Shown here: in pieces, positions 1 to 10,914 of the stretch
Numbering within the stretch: the stretch's first letter is position 1
How the letters are laid out: every line of letters starts with the position of its first letter
Source: Macrostomum lignano
Taxonomy: Eukaryota
Direction: 5' to 3'
Assembly (NCBI GenBank): GCA_002269645.1
Contig: NIVC01002430.1
Span: 72,942 to 136,941, forward strand
DNA: 64,000 bases
Notes under the pieces: model-generated
The model's database searches: none
What the model was told of the DNA's origin: nothing
Seen by the model: only the letters and a program-made list of their open reading frames with translations
Translations under genes and position numbers: made by a program

Positions 1-2
1 GG

Positions 3-362
3 CTTGGCGCCAATAGTAGCAACAACAGCTCGTCAGAGTTGGCGCTCAATTTAGCCGCCGATCAGTTGCGTAGAAATTCTGGCCAGCTTAGCGATTTGGA
101 ATTAGCCGAGTTGCCAAGCTTAGTGACAGCTTGTCAGGCTTGTCTGGGTAATTCGGCCTGCTCTAGCCAAGCTGGCCTCGGACACCGACTGTTATTGCCT
201 ACTCTGCAAGTCTTGTCGCTTATCAAACGTCGCGTCGGATTTGAGTCTTGGAATCGACTTGTAGGCGATAATCGCTTGCTGAATCAACTGCTGGTGGACT
301 GCAGCGGCTTGGCCGCCTCGGCTGCTGAGCAGACCGCCTATCTCATTGGTGGCGGCGAGTGA
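3..362 (+). CDS. 3' part of an uncharacterised Leu-rich, probably helical protein (runs off the left edge)
   Basis: Frame open from base 3 to TGA at 360-362, with exon-like GC content; AATAAA at about 4762 after the array. No family recognised. Confidence 0.55.
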   Translation, partial: LGANSSNNSSSELALNLAADQLRRNSGQLSDLELAELPSLVTACQACLGNSACSSQAGLGHRLLLPTLQVLSLIKRRVGFESWNRLVGDNRLLNQLLVDCSGLAASAAEQTAYLIGGGE

Positions 363-380
363 TGCTTGGAATGGACCGCA

Positions 381-3300
381 GGGTGACGGGGGGAGCTGAA
401 TTGGATTGGGGGGTGACGGGGGAGCTGAAGGAGTGGAGGGTGACGGGGGAGCTGAAGGAGTGGATGGTGACGGGGGAGCTGAAGGAGTGGAGGGTGACGG
501 GGGGAGCTGAAGGAGTGGAGGGTGACGGGGGAGCTGAAGGAGTGGAGGGTGACGGGGGAGCTGAAGGACTGGAGGGTGACGGGGGGAGCTGAAGGAGTGG
601 AGGGTGACGGGGGGAGCTGAAGGAGTGGAGGGTGACGGGGGGAGCTGAAGGTGTGGAGGGTGACGGGGGAAGATGCTGAAGGAGTGGATGGTGACAGGGG
701 GACCTGAAGGACTGGAGGGTGACGGGGGAGCTGAAGGAGTGGAGGGTGACGGGGGGAGCTGAAGGAGTGGAGGGTGACGGGGGGAGATGCTGAAGGAGTG
801 GATGGTGACAGGGGGAGCTGAAGGACTGGAGGGTGACGGGGGAGCTGAAGGAGTGGAGGGTGACGGGGGAGCTGAAGGAGTGGATGGTGACGGGGGAGCT
901 GAAGGAGTGGATGGTGACAGGGGGAGCTGAAGGACTGGAGGGTGACGGGGGGAGCTGAAGGAGTGGATGGTGACAGGGGGAGCTGAAGGACTGGAGGGTG
1001 ACGGGGGGAGCTGAAGGAGTGGAGGGTGACGGGGGAGCTGAAGGAGTGGAGGGTGACGGGGGAGCTGAAGGAGTGGAGGGTGACGGGGGAGCTGAAGGAG
1101 TGGATGGTGACAGGGGGAGCTGAAGGACTGGAGGGTGACGGGGGAGCTGAAGGAGTGGAGGGTGACGGGGGGAGCTGAAGGAGTGGAGGGTGACGGGGGG
1201 AGATGCTGAAGGAGTGGATGGTGACAGGGGGAGCTGAAGGACTGGAGGGTGACGGGGGGAGCTGAAGGACTGGAGGGTGACGGGGGGAGCTGAAGGACTG
1301 GAGGGTGACGGGGGGAGCTGAAGGACTGGAGGGTGACGGGGGGAGCTGAAGGAGTGGAGGGTGACGGGGGGAGCTGAAGGAGTGGAGGGTGACGGGGGGA
1401 GCTGATGGAGTGGATGGTGACAGGGGGAGCTGAAGGAGTGGAGGGTGACGGGGGGAGCTGAAGTAGTGGAGGGTGACGGGGGAGCTGAAGGAGTGGAGGG
1501 TGACGGGGGAGCTGAAGGAGTGGAGGGTGACGGGGGAGCTGAAGGAGTGGAGGGTGACGGGGGGAGCTGAAGGAGTGGAGGGTGACGGGGGGAGCTGAAG
1601 GAGTGGAGGGTGACGGGGGAGCTGAAGGAGTGGATGGTGACGGGGGAGATGCTGAAGGAGTGGATGGTGACAGGGGGACCTGAAGGACTGGAGGGTGACG
1701 GGGGGAGCTGAAGGACTGGAGGGTGACGGGGGAGCTGAAGGAGTGGAGGGTGACGGGGGGAGCTGAAGGAGTGGAGGGTGACGGGGGAGCTGAAGGAGTG
1801 GAGGGTGACGGGGGGAGCTGAAGGACTGGAGGGTGACGGGGGAGCTGAAGGACTGGAGGGTGACGGGGGGAGATGCTGAAGGACTGGAGGGTGACGGGGG
1901 AGCTGAAGGACTGGAGGGTGACGGGGGGAGCTGAAGGACTGGAGGGTGACGGGGGGAGATGCTGAAGGAGTGGATGGTGACAGGGGGAGCTGAAGGACTG
2001 GAGGGTGACGGGGGGAGCTGAAGGAGTGGATGGTGACGGGGGGAGATGCTGAAGGAGTGGATGGTGACAGGGGGACCTGAAGGACTGGAGGGTGACGGGG
2101 GGAGCTGAAGGACTGGAGGGTGACGGGGGAGCTGAAGGAGTGGAGGGTGACGGGGGGAGCTGAAGGAGTGGAGGGTGACGGGGGGAGCTGAAGGAGTGGA
2201 GGGTGACGGGGGGAGATGCTGAAGGAGTGGATGGTGACAGGGGGAGCTGAAGGACTGGAGGGTGACGGGGGGAGCTGAAGGAGTGGATGGTGACAGGGGG
2301 AGCTGAAGGACTGGAGGGTGACGGGGGAGCTGAAGGAGTGGAGGGTGACGGGGGGAGCTGAAGGAGTGGAGGGTGACGGGGGAGCTGAAGGAGTGGAGGG
2401 TGACGGGGGAGCTGAAGGAGTGGATGGTGACAGGGGGAGCTGAAGGACTGGAGGGTGACGGGGGAGCTGAAGGAGTGGAGGGTGACGGGGGGAGCTGAAG
2501 GAGTGGAGGGTGACGGGGGGAGATGCTGAAGGAGTGGATGGTGACAGGGGGAGCTGAAGGACTGGAGGGTGACGGGGGGAGCTGAAGGACTGGAGGGTGA
2601 CGGGGGGAGCTGAAGGACTGGAGGGTGACGGGGGAGCTGAAGGACTGGAGGGTGACGGGGGGAGCTGAAGGAGTGGAGGGTGACGGGGGGAGCTGAAGGA
2701 GTGGAGGGTGACGGGGGGAGCTGATGGAGTGGATGGTGACAGGGGGAGCTGAAGGAGTGGAGGGTGACGGGGGGAGCTGAAGTAGTGGAGGGTGACGGGG
2801 GAGCTGAAGGAGTGGAGGGTGACGGGGGGAGCTGAAGGAGTGGAGGGTGACGGGGGGAGCTGAAGGAGTGGAGGGTGACGGGGGGAGCTGAAGGAGTGGA
2901 GGGTGACGGGGGGAGCTGAAGGAGTGGAGGGTGACGGGGGGAGCTGAAGGAGTGGATGGTGACGGGGGGAGATGCTGAAGGAGTGGATGGTGACAGGGGA
3001 CCTGAAGGACTGGAGGGTGACGGGGGGAGCTGAAGGACTGGAGGGTGACGGGGGAGCTGAAGGAGTGGAGGGTGACGGGGGGAGCTGAAGGAGTGGAGGG
3101 TGACGGGGGGAGCTGAAGGAGTGGAGGGTGACGGGGGAGCTGAAGGACTGGAGGGTGACGGGGGGAGCTGAAGGACTGGAGGGTGACGGGGGAGATGCTG
3201 AAGGACTGGAGGGTGACGGGGGGAGCTGAAGGACTGGAGGGTGACGGGGGGAGCTGAAGGACTGGAGGGTGACGGGGGGAGATGCTGAAGGAGTGGATGG

Positions 3301-4680
3301 TGACAGGGGGAGCTGAAGGACTGGAGGGTGACGGGGGAGCTGAAGGAGTGGATGGTGACGGGGGAGATGCTGAAGGAGTGGATGGTGACAGGGGGACCTG
3401 AAGGACTGGAGGGTGACGGGGGAGCTGAAGGACTGGAGGGTGACGGGGGAGCTGAAGGAGTGGAGGGTGACGGGGGAGCTGAAGGAGTGGAGGGTGACGG
3501 GGGGAGCTGAAGGAGTGGAGGGTGACGGGGGGAGATGCTGAAGGAGTGGATGGTGACAGGGGGAGCTGAAGGACTGGAGGGTGACGGGGGAGCTGAAGGA
3601 CTGGAGGGTGACGGGGGGAGCTGAAGGACTGGAGGGTGACGGGGGGAGCTGAAGGACTGGAGGGTGACGGGGGAGCTGAAGGACTGGAGGGTGACGGGGG
3701 AGCTGAAGGAGTGGAGGGTGACGGGGGAGCTGAAGGAGTGGAGGGTGACGGGGGAGCTGAAGGAGTGGAGGGTGACGGGGGGAGCTGAAGGAGTGGAGGG
3801 TGACGGGGGGAGCTGAAGGAGTGGAGGGTGACGGGGGAGCTGAAGGAGTGGAGGGTGACGGGGGGAGCTGAAGGAGTGGAGGGTGACGGGGGGAGCTGAA
3901 GGAGTGGATGGTGACGGGGGGAGATGCTGAAGGAGTGGATGGTGACAGGGGGACCTGAAGGACTGGAGGGTGACGGGGGGAGCTGAAGGACTGGAGGGTG
4001 ACGGGGGAGCTGAAGGACTGGAGGGTGACGGGGGGAGCTGAAGGAGTGGAGGGTGACGGGGGGAGCTGAAGGAGTGGAGGGTGACGGGGGGAGCTGAAGG
4101 ACTGGAGGGTGACGGGGGGAGCTGAAGGACTGGAGGGTGACGGGGGGAGCTGAAGGACTGGAGGGTGACGGGGGAGCTGAAGGAGTGGAGGGTGACGGGG
4201 GGAGCTGAAGGACTGGAGGGTGACGGGGGGAGATGCTGAAGGAGTGGATGGTGACAGGGGAGCTGAAGGACTGGAGGGTGACGGGGGAGCTGAAGGAGTG
4301 AATGGTGACGGGGGAGATGCTGAAGGAGTGGATGGTGACAGGGGGACCTGAAGGACTGGAGGGTGACGGGGGGAGCTGAAGGACTGGAGGGTGACGGGGG
4401 AGCTGAAGGAGTGGAGGGTGACGGGGGAGCTGAAGGAGTGGAGGGTGACGGGGGGAGCTGAAGGAGTGGAGGGTGACGGGGGGAGCTGAAGGAGTGGAGG
4501 GTGACGGGGGAGATGCTGAAGGAGTGGATGGTGACAGGGGACCTGAAGGACTGGAGGGTGACGGGGGGAGCTGAAGGACTGGAGGGTGACGGGGGAGCTG
4601 AAGGACTGGAGGGTGACGGGGGAGCTGAAGGACTGGAGGGTGACGGGGGGAGATGCTGAAGGAGTGGAGGGTGACGGGTG
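381..4680 (+). repeat. G-rich minisatellite, 27-28 bp unit GGAGTGGAGGGTGACGGGGGGAGCTGAA, about 4.3 kb
   Basis: Directly visible tandem array with a few recurring variants (gactgg, gatggtgacag, gagatgctg). Confidence 0.97.
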
Positions 4681-5224
4681 GGTGTGATAGCACATACTTA
4701 TTGAAGAATAGCAATCATGTCAAGTACTTCGTATTTAGTGTGATCTGGTTAAAAGTCTATTAATAAAATCGTGTTTATCTTCATAGTGCTTTGCACTAGA
4801 CTGACTAACCATACAGTATAACTGTTAGTTCTTTAGAGAAGCATTTCTATTATGATTTTGTATTTTCCCTGTGCCCTAGAAAGCATATTTTTTGATAATC
4901 TGTTTAGAGTTTCTCATTGCAGTGTCTTTCGGTAGTTCAACGCATTGTATCTGTGTAATTTCTCTTAAATTAAAGCGAGGAAGCCTTGAAGATCTTTTTG
5001 TGCATTCGCAGTGAAATACATATTGGCGCAAAAAAACAAAAATCCTTTGTTTTTTGCCAATGGTGTTTTGGAATCTCTGCTGTGTTTTTTTATTTAGCGA
5101 TTTAATGAAATTCACAAGGGCCGGTGCCCATTGTAAAAATTCTACAATGACTTTACTCTCACCTTCTTGAATCCCGCAGCGTCTTAGCGACTAAAACTTA
5201 ACATATTACTAATAGCAATAAAGG

Positions 5225-6824
5225 ATGGGCGGCGGACACGAGCCTGAACCGACACGGGAGTCGCTCTACACCCCGGTGACTAGCAAGGCGTTCACTGACA
5301 CTTGGCTATTCAAAGCATTCGACTTGCCAACCACCTGGTTCAAGGAGAATGTGATTGACAAGTACAGGAAGAAATATCCCTATTATCACCGCCGATATCC
5401 TAGGGTGCCTACTATCGACCAGTGCTTTGTTGATGACGAGCTTTGCAATCTGGAGGCCGACGAGCAGTACAAAAGGGATCGGTGAGTTTTTACTGTTAAA
5501 TTAAAAAATAAGTTACATTTTCTTACTAACCTACTAACTAGTAAAAATGTCAAATAATTATCACTATTTTTGTGATATCGATGTGAAAATCTATACAATA
5601 GAACCATTTTCCCGATATGTAGCGTTGATATTTTCGAGACTGAAAATAGCTACTTTTTAATTACAAGTAAATTTTTACCTGTCCCCAACTAACCCAGCCT
5701 GGTTGACCAGGAGATTGTCAACATACTTCGTCGTCGGCGGGAACAGTGCTTCCAGTGGTACGGCAGGCAGCGCGACCTTATTGAGAAACACTGCGGCCAG
5801 ATTCAAAAGGATTATGATGAAGGTAATCTTCGCGATCGGAAGAAAATCTACGACGAGAGTGACCAGGTTAAAGGAACAGTGACAAGGGTTAGAATTAGAC
5901 TAGCTAGGCTCAGCGATCGAAAGAGTGACAAGGATAGCTATAGTGTGAATAGGAGAGTGTGACAAATAGTCATCTAGGAGAGTGACAAGTAGTCATCTAG
6001 GAGAGTGGCAAGTAGTCATCTAGGAGAGTGACAAGTAGCCATCTAGGAGAGTGACAAGTAGCCATCTAGGAGAGTGACAAGTAGCCATCTAGGAGAGTGA
6101 AAAGTGGCAATCTATGGGAGTGACAAGTAGTCATCTAGGAGAGTGACAAGTAGCCATCTAGGAGAGTGACAAGTAGTCATCTAGGAGAGTGACAAGTAGC
6201 CATCTAGGAGAGTGACAAGTAGTCATCTAGGAGAGGGACAAGTGGCCATCTAGGAGAGTGACAAGTAGCCATCTAGGAGAGTGACAAGTAGCCATCTAGG
6301 AGAGTGACAAGTAGTCATCTAGGAGAGGGACAAGTGGCCATCTAGGAGAGGGACAAGTAGCCATCTAGGAGAGTGAAAAGTGGCAATCTATGGGAGTGAC
6401 AAGTAGTCATCTAGGATAGTGACAAGTAGCCATCTAGGAGAGTTACAAGTAGTCATCTAGGAGAGGGACAAGTGGCCATCTAGGAGAGGGACAAGTAGCC
6501 ATCTAGGAGAGTGAAAAGTGGCAATCTATGGGAGTGACAAGTAGTTGAAACTCCCCTCCCACCCACGCAGCCTCCACCAACTACTTCATCAAGCACGGCG
6601 ACATGGGCTACGCGCACAACGTTAAGAACGCCCTGATGAAGCAGAAGCACCGGATGCTGTGGGAAAGAAAATACGGCGAAGTTGGCAGCCGAGGCGATCC
6701 AAACAAATATCCGAATGTGATTGATATGGAGCCTGGCACTCTGGAGCACGAGGACACTTTGATTGGCAACATGCGCAAATTCGGCAACAATCACGATCGA
6801 AATCCGAAAGAGATGGCGCCCTAA
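5225..6824 (+). CDS. NDUFB10: NADH:ubiquinone oxidoreductase subunit B10 (PDSW); join(5225..5481,5698..5822,6571..6824), 211 aa
   Basis: GT-AG introns join in frame. Motifs YPYYHRRYPRVPTIDQC, EADEQYKRDRLVDQEIVNIL and YFIKHGDMG..ALMKQKHRMLWER match NDUFB10. Confidence 0.93.
5950..6545 (+). repeat. 23-bp minisatellite GGAGAGTGACAAGTAGCCATCTA in NDUFB10 intron 2
   Basis: Visible tandem array. Confidence 0.95.
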
Positions 6825-7223
6825 GTTTGCCCCCCTGTTCTGGGCGGCCTGTAAAACTATAACTATTTGGGAAACTGATACTACTACTCGACTAAGACTG
6901 CAAGTAGTGTGTTCGTTTAGCTTTATATACAGCATCTAGAACTGTAGTTTATGAAATAGCCAATTTTAATAATAGAGGTTCAATGGCTCTGTTATACTGA
7001 TACAAAAATGTCGACCCAGCTAAATATTCACTCACTTTCAGTCCTAGCTTATATCTTCACTAAATAGGCCCCGTATAGAAAATTTAGAATTTCAACCATT
7101 AATAAATCAATTATTACATACAAGCTAATTTATGCAGTAAATTAACATTGCTGCATGGTCTTAGTAGACACTAGCTATTTTATTTGTGATTTCTTTGTTA
7201 GATTTGTGGCTTGTTTCATAGCA

Positions 7224-7585
7224 GTAGGACTGGGACTGGGACTTGGAGTGGGACTGGGGTTGGGACTAGACTAGGACTGGGACTTACGAGTATACTGAAA
7301 CTGGGACCGGAATAGGACTGGGACTTGGACTAGAAGTGGAACTGGGAGTCGGATTGGGACTTGGAGTGGGGCTGGGACTTGGACTGGGATTGGGACTGGG
7401 ACCTGGAGTGGGGTTGGAGTGGCACTCGGTTGGGACCTGGAGTGGGGTTGGAGTGGCACTCGGTTGGGACCTGGAGTGGGGTTGGAGTGGCACTCGGTTG
7501 GGACCTGGAGTGGGGTTGGAGTGGCACTCGGTTGGGACCTGGAGTGGGACTCGGTTGGGACCTGGGATGGGACTGGAGTGGGACT
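7224..7585 (+). repeat. GACTGG hexamer-type repeats plus about 5 copies of a 34-bp unit GACCTGGAGTGGGGTTGGAGTGGCACTCGGTTGG
   Basis: Visible tandem array upstream of the Rab ATG, possibly in a 5'UTR intron. Confidence 0.9.
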
Positions 7586-7754
7586 TTAAGTATGGCAGTG
7601 ACTATACTTAGTGACTAAACTAACTTTCGTGTTAAATTTTTAATTATTAACAATGAACAATTGCTTGATTCTATTTATTATTTTCTATCTAATACATATT
7701 TGTAAATTATAAAGCATACCTCCGCATTGTTACTACTTTCAGTAAATTTTCCCG

Positions 7755-9233
7755 ATGGAGCAACTAATGAAAATATTAGTAATTGGCGATCCAACAGTTG
7801 GTAAAACTTCGTTCGTTCATCGATATGTGAATAACATGTTTCAGACTGACTATAAGCAGACCATCGGGGTGGACTTTGCGCTTAAAGTTATTCGCTGGTC
7901 TGACACTCAAACTATTAAACTGCAGATGTGGGACATTGCCGGGCAGGAGAGGTGAGCACTGGCTGACTGACTGACTAACTGACTGACTGACTGACTGACG
8001 GACGGACTGACTGACTGACTGACTGACTGACTGACTGACTGACTGACTGACTGACTGACTGACTGACTGACTGACTGACTGACTGACTGACTGACTGACT
8101 AACCCACTGACTGACTGACTGACTGACTGACTGACTGACTGACTGACTGACTGACTGACTGACTGACTGACTGACTGACTGACTGACTGACTGACTGACT
8201 GACTGACTGACTGACTGACTGACTGACTGACTGACTGACTGACTGACTGACTGACTAACCCACTGACTGACTGACTGACTGACTGACTGACTGACTGACT
8301 GACTGACTGACTGACTGACTGACTGACTGACCCACTGACTGACTGACCCACTGACTGACCCACTGACTGACCCACTGACTGACTGACCCACTGACTGACT
8401 GACTGACTGGCCCACTTACCCACTGACTGACTGACCCACTGACCCACTGACTGACTGACCCACTGACTGACTGGCCCACTTACCCACTGACTGACTGACT
8501 GACTGGCCCACTTACCCACTGACTGACTGACTTGAGTGAGTGGGTGACTGACTGACTGACTGACCCACTGACTGACCCACTGACTGACTGACTTGAGTGA
8601 GTGGGTGACTGACTGACTGACTGACCCACTGACTGACTGACTTGAGTGAGTGGGTGACTGACTGACTGACTGACCCACTGACTGACCCACTGACTGACTG
8701 ACTGAGACACAGAGAAAGACACAGGCAGTCAGCCAACCCCCCACCCCTGCAGGTTCACCTCCATGACGCGAGTGTACTACAGAGACGCCCACGCAGCCGT
8801 AATCGTATTTGACTTAACCAAACGCTCAACATTTGACGGTGCGCTGAAATGGAAACGCGATTTGGACAGCAAATGCGCCCTGCCCGATGGCAGCCCGCTG
8901 CCGGCCATCCTGCTGGCTAATAAATGCGACTTGTTGAGCGGCGAGCGGCAGCTGCAACTGTCCGAGATTGAGACATTCTGCAGAGAGAACGGCTTCATTG
9001 GTTGGACAGAGGTCAGCGCCAAGGAGGGCGTCATGATTGAGGAGGCGATGCGATTTCTAATTGAATCGGTGCTAGCCAAGACTGCCAACTCTGAGTCAGC
9101 GGCTCAGACAGTCTCACTGACCGACGATCCGGCCATTGTCCGGCTGGGGGCGGTTAGCGGCGCGAAGAACAAGCCGCGGCGTGGTAACGTAGATGAGGAC
9201 GATGAAATCGGCGGCGGCAGATGTGCGTGCTAG
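7755..9233 (+). CDS. RAB29: Rab32/38/29-subfamily GTPase, RAB29(RAB7L1)-like; join(7755..7951,8753..9233), 225 aa
   Basis: GDPTVGKTS, GVDFALKVIRWSD, WDIAGQERFTSMTRVYY, NKCDL, C-terminal CAC prenylation motif. FTSMTR favours RAB29 over RAB32/38 (FGNMTR). Confidence 0.85.
7960..8705 (+). repeat. (GACT)n microsatellite filling the Rab intron
   Basis: Visible; interrupted by CCCACT and GAGTGAGTGGGT variants. Confidence 0.97.
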
Positions 9234-9329
9234 GTTTGATTCTTAGAATTATTTTTTAAGGATTTGACCATTATTTTTTCCTAGACGGGAAAACTGTTAA
9301 TTATTTTGGAAAAAAAATGACCCCCGAAT

Positions 9330-9830
9330 TCTTTAAAATTGGTTTTGAATGTCTTGGAAAACTATCACTCAGACTCTTTGAAATCGCCCTGGAATTTCTT
9401 GAAAAACTGTCCCTCTGATTCTTTGAAATCGATTTCAAACTCCTTAGAAAACCGTCCCTCTGATTCTTTGAAATCGGTTTTTAATTTCTTAGAAAACTGA
9501 CTCTCCGAATATTTAAAATCGGTTTTTAATTTCTTAGAAAACTGACTCTACGAATATTTGAAATCGGTTTTTAATTTCTTAGAAAACTGACTCTCCGAAT
9601 ATTTGAAATCGGTTTTTAATTTCTTAGAAAACTGACTCTCCGAATATTTGAAATCGGTTTTTAATTTCTTAGAAAACTGACTCTCCGAATATTTGAAATC
9701 GGCTTTTAATTTCTTAGAAAACTGACTCTCCGAATATTTGAAATAGTTTTTTATTTTCTTAGAAAACTGACTGAATATTTAAAATCGGTTTTTAATTTCT
9801 TCGAAAACTGTCTCTCAAACTCTTTGAAAT
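9330..9830 (+). repeat. 45-bp AT-rich minisatellite (TTAATTTCTTAGAAAACTGACTCTCCGAATATTTGAAATCGGTTT)
   Basis: 45-bp period between AGAAAACTGA at 9491 and 9536; degenerate at the ends. Confidence 0.9.
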
Positions 9831-10660
9831 CGCTTGTTATTTAAATTTGTTCAGTTTTTTTATCTTTTAAATCTTAAGAGATCACAGAACAACACAAAAT
9901 TATCAGATAAGGTCACTGAACCCCACCAGATGTAATGCGATGTTTAAAACATTCTTGTGTGTGATATTAAATTCCTCATTTTCAATAGATCCCATGCAGT
10001 TATATTCAAGATATTACTGAACCCTGCTATCTATTGTGTTAACTGTAATACAGCTTGTAATTATCAATCATATATCAGCTGTTATTTGTCGTACGCGTGC
10101 AATATGTTAAAATAAAACCAGATTTTCTTGTTATTCAGTTTGGCCAATTATGAATATTTGTCTTACTCTTGAGAATAATATCTTATTTTGGCGGCTACTG
10201 GTGCTGTGAATCTCTTCCAAAATTTAATGGTGAATGTTTCTTATTCCATCATTAATTATTTAATATCACATTTAATTGGTGCTCTAAGGCTGTCTTCCAT
10301 AGTTTTAGTAAATATTCAATTTTTTTAGATTGCACTGCTGCCATCTTTTTGGCAGGTTTTTGACTGAATTTATTATTATTATACTGTCTCGATTTAGAGG
10401 TCTTTTGGACACCTAATTTTTTATATTGTAATTTTCCACTCCTGTATCATCATTATTGCAGTACGTACACAATCAGGTTTTTCGTGTAGAACACTGTACA
10501 CAACGAATTTTTATAAATTTTTGTTTAAATGTTTTTAATAAAACGTCGATAATATATATTTTATTTAATTCGCGTTTTAAGCTGTTTTAAACGTGTTTCA
10601 GTTATTTTCAGAAAGGTCTTTGGGGGATCCGTTTAGATAGGGAATTCACGATATTAGAGA

Positions 10661-10880
10661 AGGTCACTTGATGAACTATAAATAGAACACACCCGCCCCA
10701 CTCCCCCTGTACATTCATGTTGTAAGGCGAGTAAGTCACGTGGTGTGCTAAAATAGAACACTCGCCTATGCACATTCATAGACGAGGTCACGCGATGGGC
10801 TATAAATTGAACAGACACTCCCTGTATTAGACAAATAAACACGCAAGGAAAAGTCACGTGATGAGCTGAGTGTATTGAAC
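10661..10880 (+). promoter_or_regulatory. Four degenerate copies of an E-box + TATA-like module upstream of BCAS2
   Basis: Consensus RGTCACGTGATGNGCTATAAATWGAAC at 10661, 10733, 10785 and 10851; BCAS2 ATG at 10915. Confidence 0.5.
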
Positions 10881-10914
10881 TCTGACTATTCGTGCCCACA
10901 GAGCAAATTTAGGC

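Noticed and set aside
383-4690. 3'UTR intron exactly enclosing the first array
   Set aside because: The GT at 383 is plausible, but the AG at 4689-4690 lacks a pyrimidine tract; cannot be supported without transcripts.
338-4714. 1450-aa Pro/Ser-rich ORFs on the minus strand
   Set aside because: They are translations of the 27-28-bp minisatellite, whose C-rich strand lacks stops; no domain content.
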